NCBI RefSeq assembly: GCF_039535435.1
Contig: NZ_BAAAXE010000013.1
Location: 747,289-771,288, forward strand
Direction: 5' to 3'
Source: Streptomyces cremeus
GTDB lineage: Bacteria > Actinomycetota > Actinomycetes > Streptomycetales > Streptomycetaceae
DNA: 24,000 nucleotides
Numbering within the stretch: the stretch's first letter is position 1; the number at the start of each line of letters is the position of its first letter. Shown in pieces: positions 22,801 to 24,000 of this stretch. The notes below the pieces were generated by a model that saw only the letters and a program-made list of their open reading frames with translations, was not told the DNA's origin and made no database searches. The position numbers were made by a program, and so were the translations under genes.

Positions 22801-22891
22801 GGGGGCGGAGGCCCGTGCCCTGGGGAGGCGGAGGCCCGTGCCCGTGCCCCGGCACGGAGTGCGGGCCGTACGCCGTCGACGCCGTCCGCGA

Positions 22892-23449
22892 CTAGCGGCC
22901 CAGAGCGGCGACACCTGCCTGGGCGAACTTCTCGTCGAGGTCGCCGCTCGGAGCCCCCGCGACACCGATGCCCGCGATCGGCGCGCCCTTGGCCTGGACC
23001 GGCGCGCCGCCGCCGAGGAAGAGGGTGCCGGGGATGTCCTTCAGGTTCGGGGCCTGGGCGAGGCGCTTGACCAGTTCGGAGGTGGGGGCGTTCCAGGCGA
23101 CGGCGGTGTAGCCCTTCTTCGCGGCCGACTCGGGCGACTGCGGGCCGGCGCCGTCGCCGCGCAGGGAGACGATGGTGTTGCCGTTGCGGTCCACGACGGC
23201 GACGGAGACGCGCTGGTTCTCCTTCTTCGCGGCGTCCAGGACGGCCTCGGCGGCCTTGGTGGCGGCGGCGACGGTGAGGTGCGTGGACTGCTGGAGGTTG
23301 CGGTTCGAGGCGTCGGCCTTGACGGCGGCGATCGACTCGGCGGCCGGGGCGGAGGCGTTGGCGCTCACCGCGCCGAACGTGCCCGCGCCGACGGCGGCGA
23401 GCACGGCGGAGGCGGTCAGGGCACGGGCACGGACGGAGAGCTTGCGCAT
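22892..23449 (-). CDS. Secreted GlcG/HbpS-like (DUF336) heme-binding/degrading protein
   Basis: 185 aa. RBS GGAG lies upstream of ATG 23449. Signal peptide MRKLSVRARALTASAVLAAVGAGTFGAVSANA. The DUF336 core (VAVVDRNGNTIVSLRGDGAGP...GGGAPV...PIAGIGVAGAPSGDLDEKFAQAG) resembles HbpS of Streptomyces reticuli. Confidence 0.8.
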   Translation of the reverse strand: MRKLSVRARALTASAVLAAVGAGTFGAVSANASAPAAESIAAVKADASNRNLQQSTHLTVAAATKAAEAVLDAAKKENQRVSVAVVDRNGNTIVSLRGDGAGPQSPESAAKKGYTAVAWNAPTSELVKRLAQAPNLKDIPGTLFLGGGAPVQAKGAPIAGIGVAGAPSGDLDEKFAQAGVAALGR

Positions 23450-23812
23450 GGTGGACTCCAGGGGAGGGGGGTGCTGCCGGAGCGGCGGAGTGCCGGGCTC
23501 CTTCTGACCTCAATCCTGGGCGGGGAACCGTGCCCGTACGGTCGGTGCACCGGCTGCACCCGGCGGGCCGCCCGGCCGACACGGGGGTCGACCGATCGGT
23601 TGATGCGGGGGTGGTCCCGGATGGGGGGAGGATGGATGTGCGGCCCGCCCTGTCGGCCCCGCCGGGTCCCGGGTACGGCGGACGGTATGGCCGGCCTCGC
23701 GCAGCGCAGCGGAGTCCGCGGCTGGAGGGGTACGCGGGCTCCCGGCCGGCCGGGAACGGCCTCGCGCGGCGCGACCCGAACCACGCACGACCGGAACGAG
23801 GACACGGATCCG

Positions 23813-24000
23813 ATGCCCGACCCCGACACCCCGCACGGGACTTCCGCCCCGGGCGACGCCCCGCACGGCACCCCCGCCCCAGGCGACGCCTCGGCCACCC
23901 CGCACGGGACTCCCGCCCCGGGCGGCCCGGCCACCCCGCACGGAATTCCCGCCCCGGGCGACGCCCCGGCCACCTCACACGGCACCCCCGCCCCGGGCGG
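23813..24000 (+). CDS. Pro-rich tandem-repeat protein, 5' fragment (continues beyond the window; start uncertain)
   Basis: Frame 2 shows strong GC3 bias through the repeats (MPDPDTPHGTSAPGDAPHGTPAPGDASATPHGTPAPGGPATPHGIPAPGDAPATSHGTPAPG). ATG 23813 is preceded by GGAACGAGGA. In-frame ATGs also occur at 23603, 23621, 23636 and 23687. The competing minus-strand ORFs translate to Arg/Gly junk. Confidence 0.45.
   Translation, partial: MPDPDTPHGTSAPGDAPHGTPAPGDASATPHGTPAPGGPATPHGIPAPGDAPATSHGTPAPG
23825..24000 (+). repeat. Imperfect tandem repeat, 30-39 bp units (at least 5), coding
   Basis: Units begin with GAC(A/G)CC... and end with CCGCCCC(G/A)GGC. Each encodes [D/G]-A/T-(x)-PHG-T/I-x-APG. 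The array runs to the window edge. Confidence 0.8.

Noticed and set aside
22461-22965. ORFs 22461..22895 (+, 144 aa) and 22486..22965 (-, 159 aa) in the GNAT-hbpS spacer.
   Set aside because: They are encoded entirely by the repeat-rich spacer, their translations are Gly/Arg/Pro low-complexity, and the minus ORF overlaps the well-supported hbpS-like CDS out of frame.
23825-24000. Tandem repeats here and the GCCCAAGGGG sub-repeats at 4330-4390 and 22720-22800, considered as CRISPR arrays.
   Set aside because: The units are contiguous or irregularly spaced with no unique spacers of constant length, no cas genes are present, and the 23.8-kb array has a clear coding frame.

Overview
High-GC (about 72-73% by eye) actinomycete DNA, almost certainly a Streptomyces chromosomal core segment. 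All calls come from reading motifs in the translations and the DNA; no database search was possible. Left to right: the 3' end of ispF; a block of GNAT acetyltransferase, family-5 ABC substrate-binding lipoprotein, fused double permease with no ATPase, and MFS transporter; a PPOX/F420-type flavoprotein; cysS; rlmB; and a DoxX-family membrane protein whose frame breaks at a C8 homopolymer. On the minus strand follow an NDP-sugar-pyrophosphorylase-like nucleotidyltransferase, a small secreted or membrane-anchored protein, and msiK. Next is a tnpA-less IS200/IS605-family element with an apparently intact tnpB, abutting tRNA-Thr(UGU). Downstream lies an accessory-looking stretch: a 694-aa coiled-coil + Mrr-type nuclease + TerD-domain fusion protein, a core-like FAD oxidoreductase, a ParB/DGxQR-motif protein (DndB/DUF262/AIPR-like), a rhomboid-like membrane protein, an APH(6)-type kinase translationally coupled to a GNAT, a GlcG/HbpS-like secreted protein, and the start of a Pro-rich tandem-repeat protein. 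Two copies of a GC-rich palindromic dispersed repeat with GCCCAAGGGG sub-repeats lie at about 4.3 kb and 22.7 kb. The best candidate for something undescribed is the tRNA-adjacent Mrr-TerD fusion, a possible single-gene DNA-targeting or anti-phage effector, with the ParB-like gene and the TnpB element nearby. The very long Arg/Pro/Gly-rich ORFs in the track are high-GC artefacts.
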